DNA of 63,260 bases, filler included, from Reclinomonas americana ATCC 50394 (GCA_048213135.1; 10 parts of 6 records of this genome joined end to end with filler, not necessarily neighbours in it); one strand, 5' to 3'; counted from the whole stretch's first letter, positions 47,138-60,865 are shown. Made by a program: numbers and translations. Notes: generated from the letters alone by a model not told the origin.

Positions 47138-48546
47138 TTAGTCTTGCTGTGAGGCGGGAGGAGGGTTGCGTGAGACGAGTTGATGGCGAGTGGGACAAGC
47201 AAACATACAAACAAACCTTGGTGCACCATGGGTTGCGCTCCATCTGCAACCGCAACAAGAAGAGAGGATTAGGACGACGGTGTATTTGCAACTGCTGCTG
47301 CTGCTGCTGCTACCAACACATACACGCACCTGTGCTTGTTCAGTCTCGGGTGTCCAGTCCTGCGAAAAGAGAACAGTGAGGAAACACAGTCGACTTTGGC
47401 GCACAACCCACTGCCACAGCGCACATTGACAATGTTGAACATCTCGCGCACTTGCTCCGGTGTCTTGCCCTGTGTGGAAACGAGTGAGACGACGAGGAGT
47501 TGCACAAAATTCACTCGGAAAAACACGCACCTTGATCGTGCTGGCCACTGCGCAATGTCGGCGCGGCAAGGGCAGTTAGCATTCCGACGCAGGGTGCTCA
47601 CACATACACATACACAGAGTACAAACCCTTGGCGCACGCCAGCTCCAGCAACTCTCGAATGTCCATGTAGTTGGCGGCCTTTTTTATAGTCAGCATCACA
47701 CCTTGGCAGTGGCAAGGAAACAGGCGAGGGCACACGCACCAAAATCAAGTTGAACAACTCCTCCGTCTCCAGTGCCACAAAGTCACCTGCGTGCGCCTGC
47801 AGTTAAGCGCGAGGACGAAAGCAGGCATGTTCCTCTCATTATCGTACACAACGATCAAACGGCGAGACAAGGTCCTCAAAGCGACCCTTCAGCGGCTTCT
47901 CAATCTCCAGCGGCTGCTGGTCGTAGTGGTGCCTCAGCCACTCCACCACTTTCCGCAGCACGTCGGCCTCCACCATCGGCAGCGGGCACGCAGCACCATC
48001 CTCCTCAGTGTCTATACACAAAAACAATAACTACTAGTGAGACACATAGCGTGTGGCACTGCGTGTGTGCGTGGGAGGGGCGACTGACCCTCCGTCATGG
48101 TCTTGCACAGCACGCTCTTCTCAATCACCGGTCTCGGAACCTGTGCGCACGTGTGTGTGGTGAGTGCGGGAAAGCGAGATGTCCATCGCACAAACACTCT
48201 CTTCTGCTCTACACAAGCACACGCGCGCTCAAAGCGGGGTCGCGGAGAACAAGACACACATGGTGCGTGCGCCCAAACATGACACACGCATTCAGCAAAA
48301 ACGTCCCGAGCGCGGATTCTCAACAGCAAACTCTCTCTTGGTCTCACTCCCGCCCTCACTCTCTCATTCACACACTCGTACACACACACACAGAGGTACC
48401 GAGTGTGCGCGGGAGAGACAGACACACACACACACAGACAAGAGTGCGTGTTGAGTGGTTATGCTGACCTCAATGCACGTTCCGTCCTTGGCGATCAAGT
48501 TGACCTTGGGCGCAGTGTCGAGGCGGTTTCCTGATGCTGATGCCAT
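47138..48546 (-). CDS. SKP1: Skp1-family protein
   Basis: Spliced: KVNLIAKDGTCIE|V...CPLPMVEADVLRKVVEWLRHH...LFNLIL|AANYMDIRELLELACAK|VASTIK|GKTPEQVREMFNIVN|DWTPETEQAQ|MERNPWCTK|QD*. Confidence 0.92.
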
Positions 48547-49299
48547 GGGGAGTTCTACATAAAGGAAACAGAGAGAGGGAGAAGAGAGAGAGAGAGAGAC
48601 AACACAGGAAGAGTGAGTGATTGTGTAAACCAACGCCTGACTGACGACAGTCGCGGTTGTGTTTGCGCGTTCAGAGAGAGAGAGAGAGAGAGAGCAGGGA
48701 AGGAGAGAGAGTGGGGAGGAAGCAGGGAAGCAGAGTGTGTGAAAGGGTGCTTCGGGCAAATGTCGACACTTTGATGATGAAAACGAGGTGCGAGTTCAAC
48801 GCACATGATAACATCAAGAGAAGCACAGAGCGCGCAGGTGTTGTGGTGGTGGTGGTGGAGGAGGCGAGTGAGTGTGTGTGCGTGTGCAAGGAGCAGAAAG
48901 AAGCGCACAAGGTGAGGAGAGAACGAAAGAGAAGAGTGCGTCACAAGTCGTCGAGAATAAGACAGAGAGCGCATCACAGCGTGTATGTGTCTCTCATGTG
49001 TGTCGCACTCTTGCTCTCGCTGTGTGCGTGTGTGTGTGCATGCAGTCACCTTGGCGCAAAAATCGACACGAAATCGAAATGGGACAATGCAAAGGACAAC
49101 AGTCAGTCTGATCAAGTCCGACAAAAAAGGAAATACTCAAAAAAAGGAAATGCGAGCGCTAGCACTCCCGCCTGGCCACCGTGGCGGTTACTCCCATGGA
49201 AGAATGGAGATCATCGTGACCACTCTCTTCGAGATCACACTCATTCCATTCTGCCCGAGAACACCTGCTTGTCATTTAGAATTTTGTTAATTAATGCAC

Positions 49300-50181
49300 A
49301 TGTTCAAATTCGCAGCATGCGCACTCTGCGATCGCGTCTTCGTCGGCTGCGCTCTGGCGCCTGTTTCGCGTGTCTGTGCTCTTGCGAGAAGTGAAGTGAT
49401 GCAGCGGCTTTTCGGGGTTGACTGTGCGAGAAGTGCGCGCAGTCGAACGACGGAGTTTGTCGGCGCACTTTTATTTTTCCTCTTTTCAGAGCGCTGGCAG
49501 GTGCCTGCGGTGGGTAGACCCCGTGCGATATACGCGAGTACGTGGCCTTCACTGGTGCACGGTACTCCGCGGATCTGCACGCATGCGCAGCGGTGTCGAC
49601 TCCAGACGTGGCGCGCATGCGCAGCGAGCTCGGAACGCGTTCTTTTTTCTCTCGCTTGCTCGATCTCCTGATTCATATTCTGTGGCAAGTGCGACGTGAG
49701 TCCCGCCGTGGCACCACCGGCGTTTATGTGTGTTTTGTAGAGTGTGGTGTCTCGGTGTTCTTCCTCTTTTGCTTGTTGTGTAGTAGATTCTGGAGACGCG
49801 GACTGTCCGGGCACCGGACGGTCACCAGCAACGCTAAGCCAGTGAGCGTTGGTAACGCCTCAGTAGCAGCGGCTGGCCGGCACTTGCACCCATGGTGAGT
49901 TGCCGCTGATTTGTTTGTTTGTTCGCTGCGTTGCGTGCTGATTACTTCCTTCCGCCGCTGCGGTGCCCGCGGTTGGCCTCTCTCGTAGCATGTGCCGAGC
50001 CTGCAACTGCGGTAGAAGCCTGGTGCGGCAGCCACGGCGCTGGCAGCGTGAATATTCGGCCGCGTAATGCGCGTTGGCCAACAGAGATGTTTTCTCACAA
50101 AGAAGTGTCTCCAGACTTTATGTGAGTTGTGCCTCCTACGCGTGCTTCTACATGGTTGTTATGTGTCATACTCACGCGCAT

Positions 50182-50248
<67 letters not shown>

Positions 50249-50600
50249 CGATCAACAGGAAAAATAGTTGCGTTGTTGACGTCTGCGCATGCTAGCGCTA
50301 GCGCTTCGATCGCGAATTCGGAAGCGCAGGAAGCAAGTTGGTTCTTACCATTTGTGCGTCTTCTTGTGTGTCTGCAACTGTGTTCCTGCCGTGTTCCGAC
50401 ATCTGCAGGTGAAAGGTGAGCTTGTGTCTGCGCCCTCTCTTATATGATGATGGTTGCTGACTTGTTTTCCCGCCATTTTTGGTTTCCTTTTTTGTCGGAA
50501 TGTTTCTGACTGACAGTGGTCATCAAGACAGCGTCTTGGCTCTGTGCGGGTACCTGTGCACTGTGCTCTCTTTAAATTATCCTCCTACTCTCGCGCGCGT
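49300..50600 (+). CDS. Possible multi-exon hypothetical gene
   Basis: Series of plausible splice sites (donors 49895, 50122, 50416; acceptors ~49488, 49988, 50258, 50408, 50516), but no frame could be assigned with confidence. Confidence 0.25.
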
Positions 50601-50849
50601 CGGCGTCGACGTCTCTCAGTCACTTATGTTGGAGAGAGCGAGTACGACAACAACAATGCACCCGCTTGGGCGTAGAGAGCGTTGTGACAGTCCGATGTAC
50701 ATGGTGATCATTGGTAGATGCTCATTGTTGGTATGGATCAGTGAAGTTAACAACAAATTCATTCTCCAACAAACAAGCAACAGCTCTATTATTAAAGAGC
50801 GGAGTCTTTACATCAAAGAAACACGACGCACGCTAAAAATCCTTCAGCA

Positions 50850-52729
50850 TTAACTTAAGTGCAACCGATAAATTCCTGTATCTGCAACAGCGACGATTTT
50901 GGTGCCGTCGCTGTTGCAGATCACCGACAACCAAGTGCGACTGATATCGCGAGCAGTCCACGTCGCGCCAGAATCAGTGGAGACGTATATCGGAAACACG
51001 CCCCCAACAGCCACCAGAGTGGTTCCGTCACTACTGGAGGCTACTGATCGCCACTGACGGCTGGATTCGTGTTGCGTCCAATTCACACCCGAGTCAACAG
51101 AGATGAAAATCCGAACACCAGAAGCCACAGCTACCAGCTTCGTACCGTCACTGCTGGAAGCCACACCCCACCAGCTACGAATGCTCTCACGACTCGTCCA
51201 CGTGCCGCCAGAGTTAGCGGATGTGAGGAGCTGCGAAATATTCGGCGCGGCCGCCAACTTGGTACCGTCACTGTTGGAGGCTACTGCACGATACTGGCGA
51301 GATGGGCCCGCAACCCAGGTCTCACCAGAGTCAGCAGAGACGTAAATCGCACCGTTGGTCAAGGCAGCCACCAGCTTCGTACCGTCGCTGTTGGAGGCCA
51401 CAGCAACCCATGCGCGACTGGACTCGCGAGCCGTCCACGTCAAGCCAGAGTCCGCTGAGGTGTAAATCAGGCCGTTATTCACCACAGCCACTAGCTTGGT
51501 GCCGTCACTGCTGGAGGCTACAGATTTCCAGTCGCGGTGGGAATCACGAGGCGTCCACATCGCGCCAAAGTCAGTAGAGATGTAAAGCTGAGTACTCCTT
51601 CCAGCAGCCAACAGCTTGGAACCGTCACCGCTGGAAGCCACTGAAAGCCATACAACAGTACTATTTGCACGCAAGCCAGCGGTCGACGCTGACCACGTTG
51701 CACCAGCGTCGGTAGAGGTGTAAACCTGACCAGGGCTAACCGCGGCCACAAGTATGGTGCCGTCACTGGAGGAAGCCACGGAAGCCCAGGCGCGAGCGGT
51801 CTCCTGAGCCGTCCACGTCGCGCCCGAGTCAGTGGAGGTGTAGATCTGCCCTACATTCGCCACAGCAACCAGCTTGGTGCCGTCATCACTGGAGGCCACT
51901 CCACTCCACTGGCGACTGGAATCGCGAGCCGTCCACGACACACCAGAGTCAGCAGAGGTGTAGATATTGCCATTATTCGCTACAGCCACCAGATTGACAC
52001 CGTCACTGCTGGAGGCTACAGATTTCCAGTCGCGAGCTGAATCACGAGCCGTCCACGTCAAGCCAGAGTCCATGGAGGTGTACATGGAACCATTGCTCAC
52101 CACAGCCACCAGGTTGGTGCCGTCACTGCTGGAGGCCACCGAAGTCCAGGCGCGATTAGAATCATGCGCGGTCCAAGTGACGCCAGAGTCGGCAGAGGTG
52201 TAGATCTTGTCGCTAGTCGCAGCGGCCACCAGCTTGGTGCCGTCACTGCTGGAGGCCACTGCGCTCCAGCTGCGATTGGCATCCGTAGCTCGAGCAATCC
52301 ACGTTACGCCAGAGTCAGCAGAGGTGTAAATCCGGCCATTTTGCACAGCAGCCACCAGCTTGGTGCCGTCACTGCTAGAGGCCACTGCGAACCAGTTGCG
52401 ATTGGAATCGCGAGCCGTCCACATCGCACCCGAGTCAGTGGAGGTGTAAATCCTCCCGCCGAGTTCCGCAACCACGAGCATGGTGCCGTCACTGTTTGAG
52501 GCCACAGAGTGCCATGTGCCAACAAATGTAAGTGTTGGAACAGCACTGAGGGTTGAGCACGTGGAACCTGCCCGCGACAAGGTGAATCGGTCAACACTTA
52601 CACACACCAACACACACCAAAACTAAAAAAGACCAACAGATATGAGAGGCCAGCTACTCACCACTCCATGAGAATGCACAGCTGCAAGAGCCATCAGTGG
52701 CGCATGTTCCGTGTCCAGAGCACGTAGTG
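50850..52729 (-). CDS. EGF-like domain followed by 14 BNR/Asp-box repeats (likely two 7-bladed beta-propellers); 5' truncated
   Basis: Exon 52662-52729 TTCSGHGTCATDGSCSCAFSWS joins in phase 1 to exon 50850-52567 (G|STCS...), which has 14 copies of WxxVASSSDGTKLVAxxxxGxIYTSxDSGxTW. Confidence 0.9.
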
Positions 52730-52829
52730 NNNNNNNNNNNNNNNNNNNNNNNNNNNNNNNNNNNNNNNNNNNNTTAATTAATTAANNNNNNNNNNNNNNN
52801 NNNNNNNNNNNNNNNNNNNNNNNNNNNNN

Positions 52830-54191
52830 GTGTGGCGAATGCAGAGCGCACGGATGTGACGGAGGAGCAGATTGCAGAGGCGGTGGATGGACTCGATGTG
52901 TTGCAGTTGCCTGGTGAGTCTCGTCACTTTTTTGTGTGTGATGTCACACCTTGTGACTGACGATTGGATTATTCCGACGACTTCGCAGCCGGCTTGACAC
53001 TGACGGTGCGCAATTCGCGTCTCTTGTGCGCCGCCTTGCGAGACAACACGACGATCCACACGTGCGATCTGTCGTCGGCGCTGCTGGGCACGAGCTGCAT
53101 GATGCGATTGGCGAGTACGTTGGCGGAGAACAATTCGATTGTGAGTCTCTCGCTGGCACACAATCCGGTGGGATCGTTGGGCGCGGGCTTTTTGGCGGAG
53201 GCTCTCGTTGCGTGCCATTTACTGCGTGCCGAAGGGGAGGGGAGAGAAACCAGCTGCTGACCGTCTTCTCTTGCGCAGTCATTGAATACGACGCTGACGA
53301 CCCTCGATTTGCGCGACTCGTGCGTCGGTGTGGTGGGCGTGCAGGCACTGGCCAACGCCATGTCGCTGAATCGCACACTGCTGACGCTGCATCTGGACGA
53401 GAACCACATTGGCGACGATGGCGTGCAGGCGCTGGCCGATGTGTTGGCGTCCACGACTAGCGCGGTGCAGTCGCTCAGTCTGTCGTCGTGCTCGGTGTCG
53501 GACACGGGCGCCTCGGCACTGGCCGCCACCTTGCACACGAACCGCTCGCTTCTCCTGCTCGACCTCAGCCNNNNNNNNNNNNNNNNNNNNNNNNNNNNNN
53601 NNNNNNNNNNNNNNNNNNNNNNNNNNNNNNNNNNNNNNNNNNNNNNNNNNNNNNNNNNNNNNNNNNNNNNNNNNNNNNNNNNNNNNNNNNNNNNNNNNNN
53701 NNNNNNNNNNNNNNNNNNNNNNNNNNNNNNNNNNNNNNNNNNNNNNNNNNNNNNNNNNNNNNNNNNNNNNNNNNNNNNNNNNNNNNNNNNNNNNNNNNNN
53801 NNNNNNNNNNNNNNNNNNNNNNNNNNNNNNNNNNNGCAACCACGTGACGGACGCCGGCGCCGCGGAGCTCATTGACGCGCTGCGCACGAACCAGACGCTG
53901 GCCACCCTCAATCTGCTGGAGAACACGGCCATTGACAACGACAACGTGATGCAGTTTGCGTCGAATGCCCCTCCGTCGGTCGCCGGTCGCAGCATGATTG
54001 ACGAGGACTCGATCATGCGCGACGACGAGGACGGCAGTGTGGTGTTTTTGGTCGATCGCATGAATCCGTACGAGGCCGTCGGTCGTGCCATCATGGCCGA
54101 CATTGTGCACCCGCGGAGACCAGTGAGCGCGGCGGGCGAGCGATTTATCGGTGCGCAGAGTGCGGCGATGGATTTGTCGGATGTGGGCTAA
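52830..54191 (+). CDS. RNI-like leucine-rich-repeat protein (NLRC3/LRR_6-type repeats), 5' truncated
   Basis: 28-aa repeats such as NTTLTTLDLRDSCVGVVGVQALANAMSL, NRTLLTLHLDENHIGDDGVQALADVL and NQTLATLNLLEN; stop at 54189-54191. Confidence 0.88.
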
Positions 54192-55029
54192 CCGGGGGAA
54201 GGCGGCCATAATAATGTAAAACCAAATAATGATGTGAAAGAAGGGGAGAAGGAGGAGAANNNNNNNNNNNNNNNNNNNNNNNNNNNNNNNNNNNNNNNNN
54301 NNNNNNNNNNNNNNNNNNNNNNNNNNNNNNNNNNNNNNNNNNNNNNNNNNNNNNNNNNNNNNNNNNNNNNNNNNNNNNNNNNNNNNNNNNNNNNNNNNNN
54401 NNNNNNNNNNNNNNNNNNNNNNNNNNNNNNNNNNNNNNNNNNNNNNNNNNNNNNNNNNNNNNNNNNNNNNNNNNNNNNNNNNNNNNNNNNNNNNNNNNNN
54501 NNNNNNNNNNNNNNNNNNNNNNNNNNNNNNNNNNNNNNNNNNNNNNNNNNNNNNNNNNNNNNNNNNNNNNNNNNNNNNNNNNNNNNNNNNNNNNNNNNNN
54601 NNNNNNNNNNNNNNNNNNNNNNNNNNNNNNNNNNNNNNNNNNNNNNNNNNNNNNNNNNNNNNNNNNNNNNNNNNNNNNNNNNNNNNNNNNNNNNNNNNNN
54701 NNNNNNNNNNNNNNNNNNNNNNNNNNNNNNNNNNNNNNNNNNNNNNNNNNNNNNNNNNNNNNNNNNNNNNNNNGGAGGAGAAGAGGGAAGAGGGAAGGGG
54801 AGAGGGGAGAGGAGGGGAGAGGGGAGAGGGGAGAGGAGGGAGAGGGGAGAGGGGAGAGGGAGAGGGGAGAGGGGAGAGGGGAGAGGGAAGAGGGAAGAGG
54901 GAAACAGGGAAGAGGGAAGAGGGAAGAGGGGGGAGGGGGAAGCGTCGCCAACAAGTCCTCAAGTCTCCTGCTTGTGCACAGCGACGCCGATATCACCCTT
55001 GCCAACAGCACGCCACGCTCTCTTTTGAT

Positions 55030-56745
55030 CTACGATCTCTTGTACAAGAGTTCACTCACGACAAACAAACGTACGGACCTTCCTTGTTTGCCTTGCCTTT
55101 TCCCGAGATTGGATCTGTCGTGTGATCGCAGAACGCTCGCGAATGCGTCAAATCCACTGTTCAGCTACGCGTATGCGATGAAGATCGACGAACACGCACA
55201 CAGCAAAAGCTGCTGCTGCCCTCAAGGCTGCTGTTTGTGTTGATGTGGATAACCTGGTCCAGCAAGACAGCCGCTGTTGTCTTGCAGGCGGAGACGCTGC
55301 TGTGACCCAGCTCGACCATATTATTTCATCTCTCGATCTGACTATTCCTCTCTCTTGCACCTTCCTCATTGCTTGCCACGGCGTTACTATTATTATGTAT
55401 ACCACACAGCTTGTTGTTGTCGCGCAGTTGTCGGAGAAAGTCGAACTCACGATGTTGTTGTTGACATGTGTCCACCAGATCCACCATCCCTTCCCTCTAA
55501 CTGCACGGCGGGTCAGAACGAGTACGATTTGTAGAAGAAGAAGAGAGAGGACACAGCGGCCTGTATCAGTATTGATAGCAGAACATCCGCATTCGTACAG
55601 TGCGTCGATGTCGAGTGGGGAACGAAGATTCGCGACAAGCTCTGCGTGCACGCACCGCCCACATCGCCAATCTACTTCGTTGCTCTCCGAGTCACACACA
55701 CATTGCGTTCGATAACAGTCAAACCTTTTCACTCTACACACCCACCACCACCACCACCACCACACAACCAAGCAAAACACACACACACACGAAGACACAG
55801 AGACTCAGACACACACACGCACATGCACACGCAGAGAGAGAGAGAGAGAGCGAGAGGAACCAACACGCGCAGCAGTTCCATTCTGCTTGCGCGGCCACGT
55901 TTTCTCATTTCACACAAACACACAAACACACAAACACACATTCGCCTCTCCTCCACACATCGTTGTGATCGTCCGAGCCCCTCGCCTCCTCCTCATCCTC
56001 CTTCTCCTCCTCCAGCCCTTCAGACTCTCAGGGTCCAAAGTCTCCACAGGCGCCGCCAAAGCCGCCCGATCCGTACGATTCCACCACCACCTCGCCTGAA
56101 TAGTGTGCCGTCGCCCATTGACCACCGACATTTGTGTTCACCTCGCCACCATGCGGTGCGCCCAGCTCCTCTGCAAACTCGGCCGAGATGGGCTCCATTT
56201 CAAAGGTTACTGGCCTGTGTGTGCGTGATGTCGAGTGTGTTCAGTAACAAAGGAGACGCATAAAAAAAACGGACGACACAACACAGAGAGACACACGCAC
56301 GCGCACGCACAGACGCGCAGTGTGTGTGTGTGGAGCAAAAGCGGCCAGTGCGAGAAGGTTTAAGGCGACTTCTCGCAGCACTGAACTGAACACGAAAAGA
56401 GATCGATGCCACGCACAAGTAGTCGGGAGAGCAGTGGCATAGAGAGGCACACACTCATACACAGAGAGAGAGAGGAGCGCGCGATGTATGAGAGTGCGCA
56501 CACGCGTGTGAGAACAGTCGCGTGCGAGACTTCTCGCACACGTCATTGCGGTGTCAGGCGTGCGCACACACGCAATCGCGCACAACGCAAGTCACACAGG
56601 AAGACAGCGAGAGGGGAGAGAGGGGGAGGGGCAGCGAGAGGAAGACATGCCCGTGTGCGTCTGCGTGACTGCGCGCGAGCACACACTGACCCCTGAACAC
56701 TCACCAGGCGCTCTCCACTGTGCCGTTAAAGTAGTAGCGTGACAT
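55030..56745 (-). CDS. Hypothetical multi-exon protein
   Basis: MSRYYFNGTVESAW|PVTFEMEPISAEFAEELG joins in frame over a GT-AG intron; a later Cys-containing exon reads FDCYRTQCVCDSESNEVDWRCGRCVH. 3' end uncertain. Confidence 0.35.
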
Positions 56746-56973
56746 CGCTGTGCCTCCTTGCCTCCTCTTTTTTTCTTTCTCTCTTTTGTGTGGGCGGCTG
56801 GCCAAGGCCAGATGGGCGCGCGCGAAGAAAATTGTGAACTCTGATTCCACTGTCCAATCCGGCCGATGGATGTNNNNNNNNNNNNNNNNNNNNNNNNNNN
56901 NNNNNNNNNNNNNNNNNTTAATTAATTAANNNNNNNNNNNNNNNNNNNNNNNNNNNNNNNNNNNNNNNNNNNN

Positions 56974-58920
56974 CAGTGAGTCTTGGTATGGCGGCCGGCT
57001 TGCTCCGCGGGCGGCTGTCGCATCAAGTCAGAAACTGCGGCACGACACATATGGGGAGGAAGAACAATGGACAAGAATAAAACCTATGGCGACGGCCACC
57101 GAGGAGAGTGCTCTCATGCCAACATCGCGCTCCAGTCCAGCATCCCGAGACGGACGCAGGCACACCACGTTGAATTTGCCCTCTGTCGCCTTGCCGAGCG
57201 ACACATTGACACCGCGCAGAGAGACTTGGATGACCCAGTGAGCGGCCGCGCCGGGCGGCGACTCGGCAAGTGCCAGCGCCTGCCGCCGCAGACAATCGAC
57301 CAAGGCGAACACGTCCTTTGGCGATTGCACCGACACTTTGACGCAAAGCGCATGAGACCACAGTGCAACACACAAGCACGAGCAGGAGGAAAATGACACA
57401 CCGCTGGTGGCGCCGCGCACCGAGGTTGTGCGAGTCGCCTGGTCGCGCACCACCTCGCAAACGGCCTTTGAAGGTGAACACAAGTCGACCACAGCGTGAT
57501 CTGCGAGGCAAGGGAGGGAGGGAGATAAGGGAAAGGGGGAGGGGGGAAAGGAGAGGGAATGAGGGAGAGGGAGACAGGGAGAGGGAGGAACAGGGAAAGG
57601 AGGGAATGAGGGAATGAGGGAGAGGGAGCGGGAGAGGGTGAGGGAAGAAGAGAAGTAGGGAAGAGGGAAGAGAAAAAAGAATGGAAGAGGAAGGGTAAGG
57701 GCAGAGGAGAGAAAGAGAGAAGGAGAAACAGGAAATGGAGGCACAAGGCGAGAGAGGGAGAGAGAAGAAGAGAGAGGGAAGTGGACTTGCTTAAAAGGAG
57801 AAAGTTGATGGGAGATAGACGGCCAGGAAGAGGAAGAGACCACGAGTCCAAGACTCAGGAGGACGGCGCGACCACGGCACTCTGTTCCTAAATAAAACGG
57901 CCTCTTGCTTACTCACCCGACACTTGCAGCATGGAGACAAACGCGCGATGCTCCCAACCGCTCTCGCGATCCATGTCGCTGAGAATGAGAACGTACGCCA
58001 GCAGTCGACCAAGCAGGCCGCCACCGGCATCCGCACCGTCCCCAGACACACGACCGCCCAACAACGTGTGCATCTTACCGCTGCGTGCTGGCCCGAAGCT
58101 GACGAGATGGGATTGTCATGTGAGAAACCACTGTGAGACTCACACACACACACTCTTCCGTTGCGGTACGCAACAGGAAAAAGTTGTTGCAAAACTCCTC
58201 CTCGAACGCCGCTTGCACCAGTGGCGCCAGATCCTCAAAAATGTCATCCACGCGCTCACGCGTAGTCTCAATGCCGTTGAATTCAAATGTTCGATGGGCT
58301 GCCGCCGGGTTCTAGTTGCATATGACGTGAGCGTCAGTACCCGCTGTTGTTCTCACACCACTACCACATTGACTACCAACCGCTACATCCGAAAACACCA
58401 CTACGTTTTCGTTTTCCACCGGCAGTTCTATCCGCGTGCGTTGCGTCTCACCGTCTGCGGCAATGGAAACTCAGACGCACCCACACTCGCAAGCGGAAAA
58501 AACACAGGCTGCAACGAACCGAGCAACGGCCGCACACGACACATGGTGCAAATATTGCCGCGCGCTTCCTGCATACCGTAGCGAAGCTCACGAGCAAGTG
58601 CTCGATCTCCTTTTCGGCGAGTGGTGAGATGCTTGAGCGTGGCAGCTCGCGAGGCACATTCCCGTTCCAGTTCCGCCAGTCGCGGCTCGAGTTCCACAAA
58701 TCGCTGGTTCGCCGTCTGTGTGCATTTGTGAGTGGTCACGCTCATCCTGCACCAGGAACAACAACTCAATGCTTACCTCGGTAGACACGGTCGCAGTTCG
58801 CAGATCCCGTTCCAGTGACCTCCGCAATGCCTCCTTGTCGAAGTGGTCAATGTCGTACTGTAACCTGGAGCGCAGTGCCTCCACCTCCTTGTCACACGAC
58901 TGTCACGCGGCGGAATCGGT
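56974..58920 (-). CDS. Kinesin-14-like (C-terminal motor) protein with degenerate catalytic motifs (partial)
   Basis: Coiled coil, then neck QEARGNICTMCRVRP; RTFEFNGI...IFEDLAPLVQAAFE; FFL|FGPARSGKMHTLLG; GLLGRLLAYVL; AFVSMLQVS; VSVQSPKDVFALV; AAAHWVIQVSL; TEGKFNVVCLRPSR; MRALSSV. Confidence 0.78.
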
Positions 58921-59126
58921 GAGAGGAAGAAGAGAGACACACACACACACACACATTCACGACAACAGCGTGAGGAGTCTGCTGTCACCTCTTTCGTTTG
59001 CACTGCCTCTCGACGGACCACGGCGANNNNNNNNNNNNNNNNNNNNNNNNNNNNNNNNNNNNNNNNNNNNTTAATTAATTAANNNNNNNNNNNNNNNNNN
59101 NNNNNNNNNNNNNNNNNNNNNNNNNN

Positions 59127-59452
59127 AGACATGGAGGCACCAAAGAACGTCCACGACCAGGGGCTCATGTTCTGCACGCACACACACGCACACACACACG
59201 CACACACACGTGACATGTCAGCCTTCCCTCTTCACCTCTCCCCCTGCCCACAACACACACAGACAAACCGCAAAGATGTACGCCCAGTAGTCCCACTCAG
59301 GCCACACACTCTTGCCCAGAATGGGGAACAGCACAAAGAGCACCGCGAGGAGCCCCACAATGCCACCAATGATCCAGCCAAGCACCGCAAGTCCATCGTC
59401 GGGCGCTTCCCGCTCGCGTCCCATTACCTCCTGCTCCTTGTTCGCAGCCATG
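59127..59452 (-). CDS. Small membrane protein (two hydrophobic segments), 3' truncated
   Basis: MAANKEQEVMGREREAPDDGLAVLGWIIGGIVGLLAVLFVLFPILGKSVWPEWDYWAYIFA|... Confidence 0.5.
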
Positions 59453-59726
59453 TTGCTTATGTGCGACGAGTGTGTGTGAGAGAGTGACGGGGGGACAGAT
59501 GGCGATTGTCCATCGTGCATTGTCCATTGTCACCCAGCGCCAAAACTCGTCTGCTGTGCGTCTTCTGTGTGTTGCGCGCGCGGCTCACCTTCCCCGCGAT
59601 TCGCTCACTGGCGAACCTCTGCCTCGTGTAACACACAGCGATTGTCCGTTGCTGCGCGAGCATCTCTGTCCTCTGTCACACACACGCACGCTCTTGCTCA
59701 CTCTCTCCTCGCACTCACGCTCACTC

Positions 59727-60410
59727 ATGGAGGGGTGGCTGGTGTGCACGTTGAATGATGAGTCACCGCGCACAGTGTATGCCACATTGAGAGGCTGTTG
59801 CGTGTCAATGCGTGATCCAGTGTGTTGTGAGCGAGAAGGTGGCACTCACTTGCGTGCTCTTCCCCTGCGCAGACAAGATGTACTTGTATCGAGATCCAAA
59901 GGTGCGCCTCTTCTCTCTCTCACACACACATTCTCCTCAGTCGCCTCTCTCTCTCTCTTCCCGGCCCTCGCTTCTCTCCACTTTCATCTTCCCAGTCTTT
60001 CTCTCTCCATCCTTTCTCTGTCTCTCTTCACCTTTTTCTCCCTCCTTCTTTATCTGGTGAGTGGAGTCGCGAGGCACTCATCTCATTTCCTCATGCAAAC
60101 AAAGGACACATCATACATGGACAGCTTGCTGTTGCGCGACTACCAAGTGGAGACACCGTATCACTTTGACACGTTCTTTGAGCTGCGGAGTGCGGAGCAG
60201 GGCAGAAAGTGTCGGTTTGTGTAATGTGTGTCGCGAGAACAGAGGCCGTGCTGGGAGTACCGGTTTTCATCCGTGCCCCGTATCTGTCTCTGCATTGTAG
60301 CTTCCAGGCTCCATCGTATGCCATGCGGCGATCGTGGCTCATCACGCTGCGTGCGGTGATCTCCATCTTTTACGGGTGCCAGGACGAGCTCTCCAGTGAA
60401 CTCAGTTGCG
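59727..60410 (+). CDS. PH-domain-containing protein (N-terminal fragment)
   Basis: MEGWL, DKMYLYRDPK, SLLLRDYQV, FFELRS, FQAPSYAMRRSWLITLRAVI (PH C-terminal helix with the conserved Trp); exact exon limits uncertain. Confidence 0.6.
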
Positions 60411-60459
60411 CGAGTGCCACTCTCTCTCTTCTCTCTCTCAGTCTCCCTCTCTCTCTCTC

Positions 60460-60500
<41 letters not shown>

Positions 60501-60865
60501 NNNNNNNNNNNNNNNNNNNNNNNNNNNNNNNNNNNNNNNNNNNNTTAATTAATTAANNNNNNNNNNNNNNNNNNNNNNNNNNNNNNNNNNNNNNNNNNNN
60601 GAAGAGAGGGAATGAGAGAAGATTAAGAAGAAGAGAGAGAGAGAAGATCAAGAAGAAGAAGAAGAGAGAGAGAGCATGCATGTGCAAGCGCAATTTGGTA
60701 CGCGAGACAGTGATTGCGCATTCTCACTTGCATGTGTGCACTTCCAAGAGGTGCATGCATGCAGAGGAGGTGCAGAGCTTAGGCAGAGTTGGCACAGAAT
60801 TGTCTGTGTGGTTTTGATTGACTGCGAGTGAGTTATGTTTATCTGATGCATCTCTTGTTCATCAG

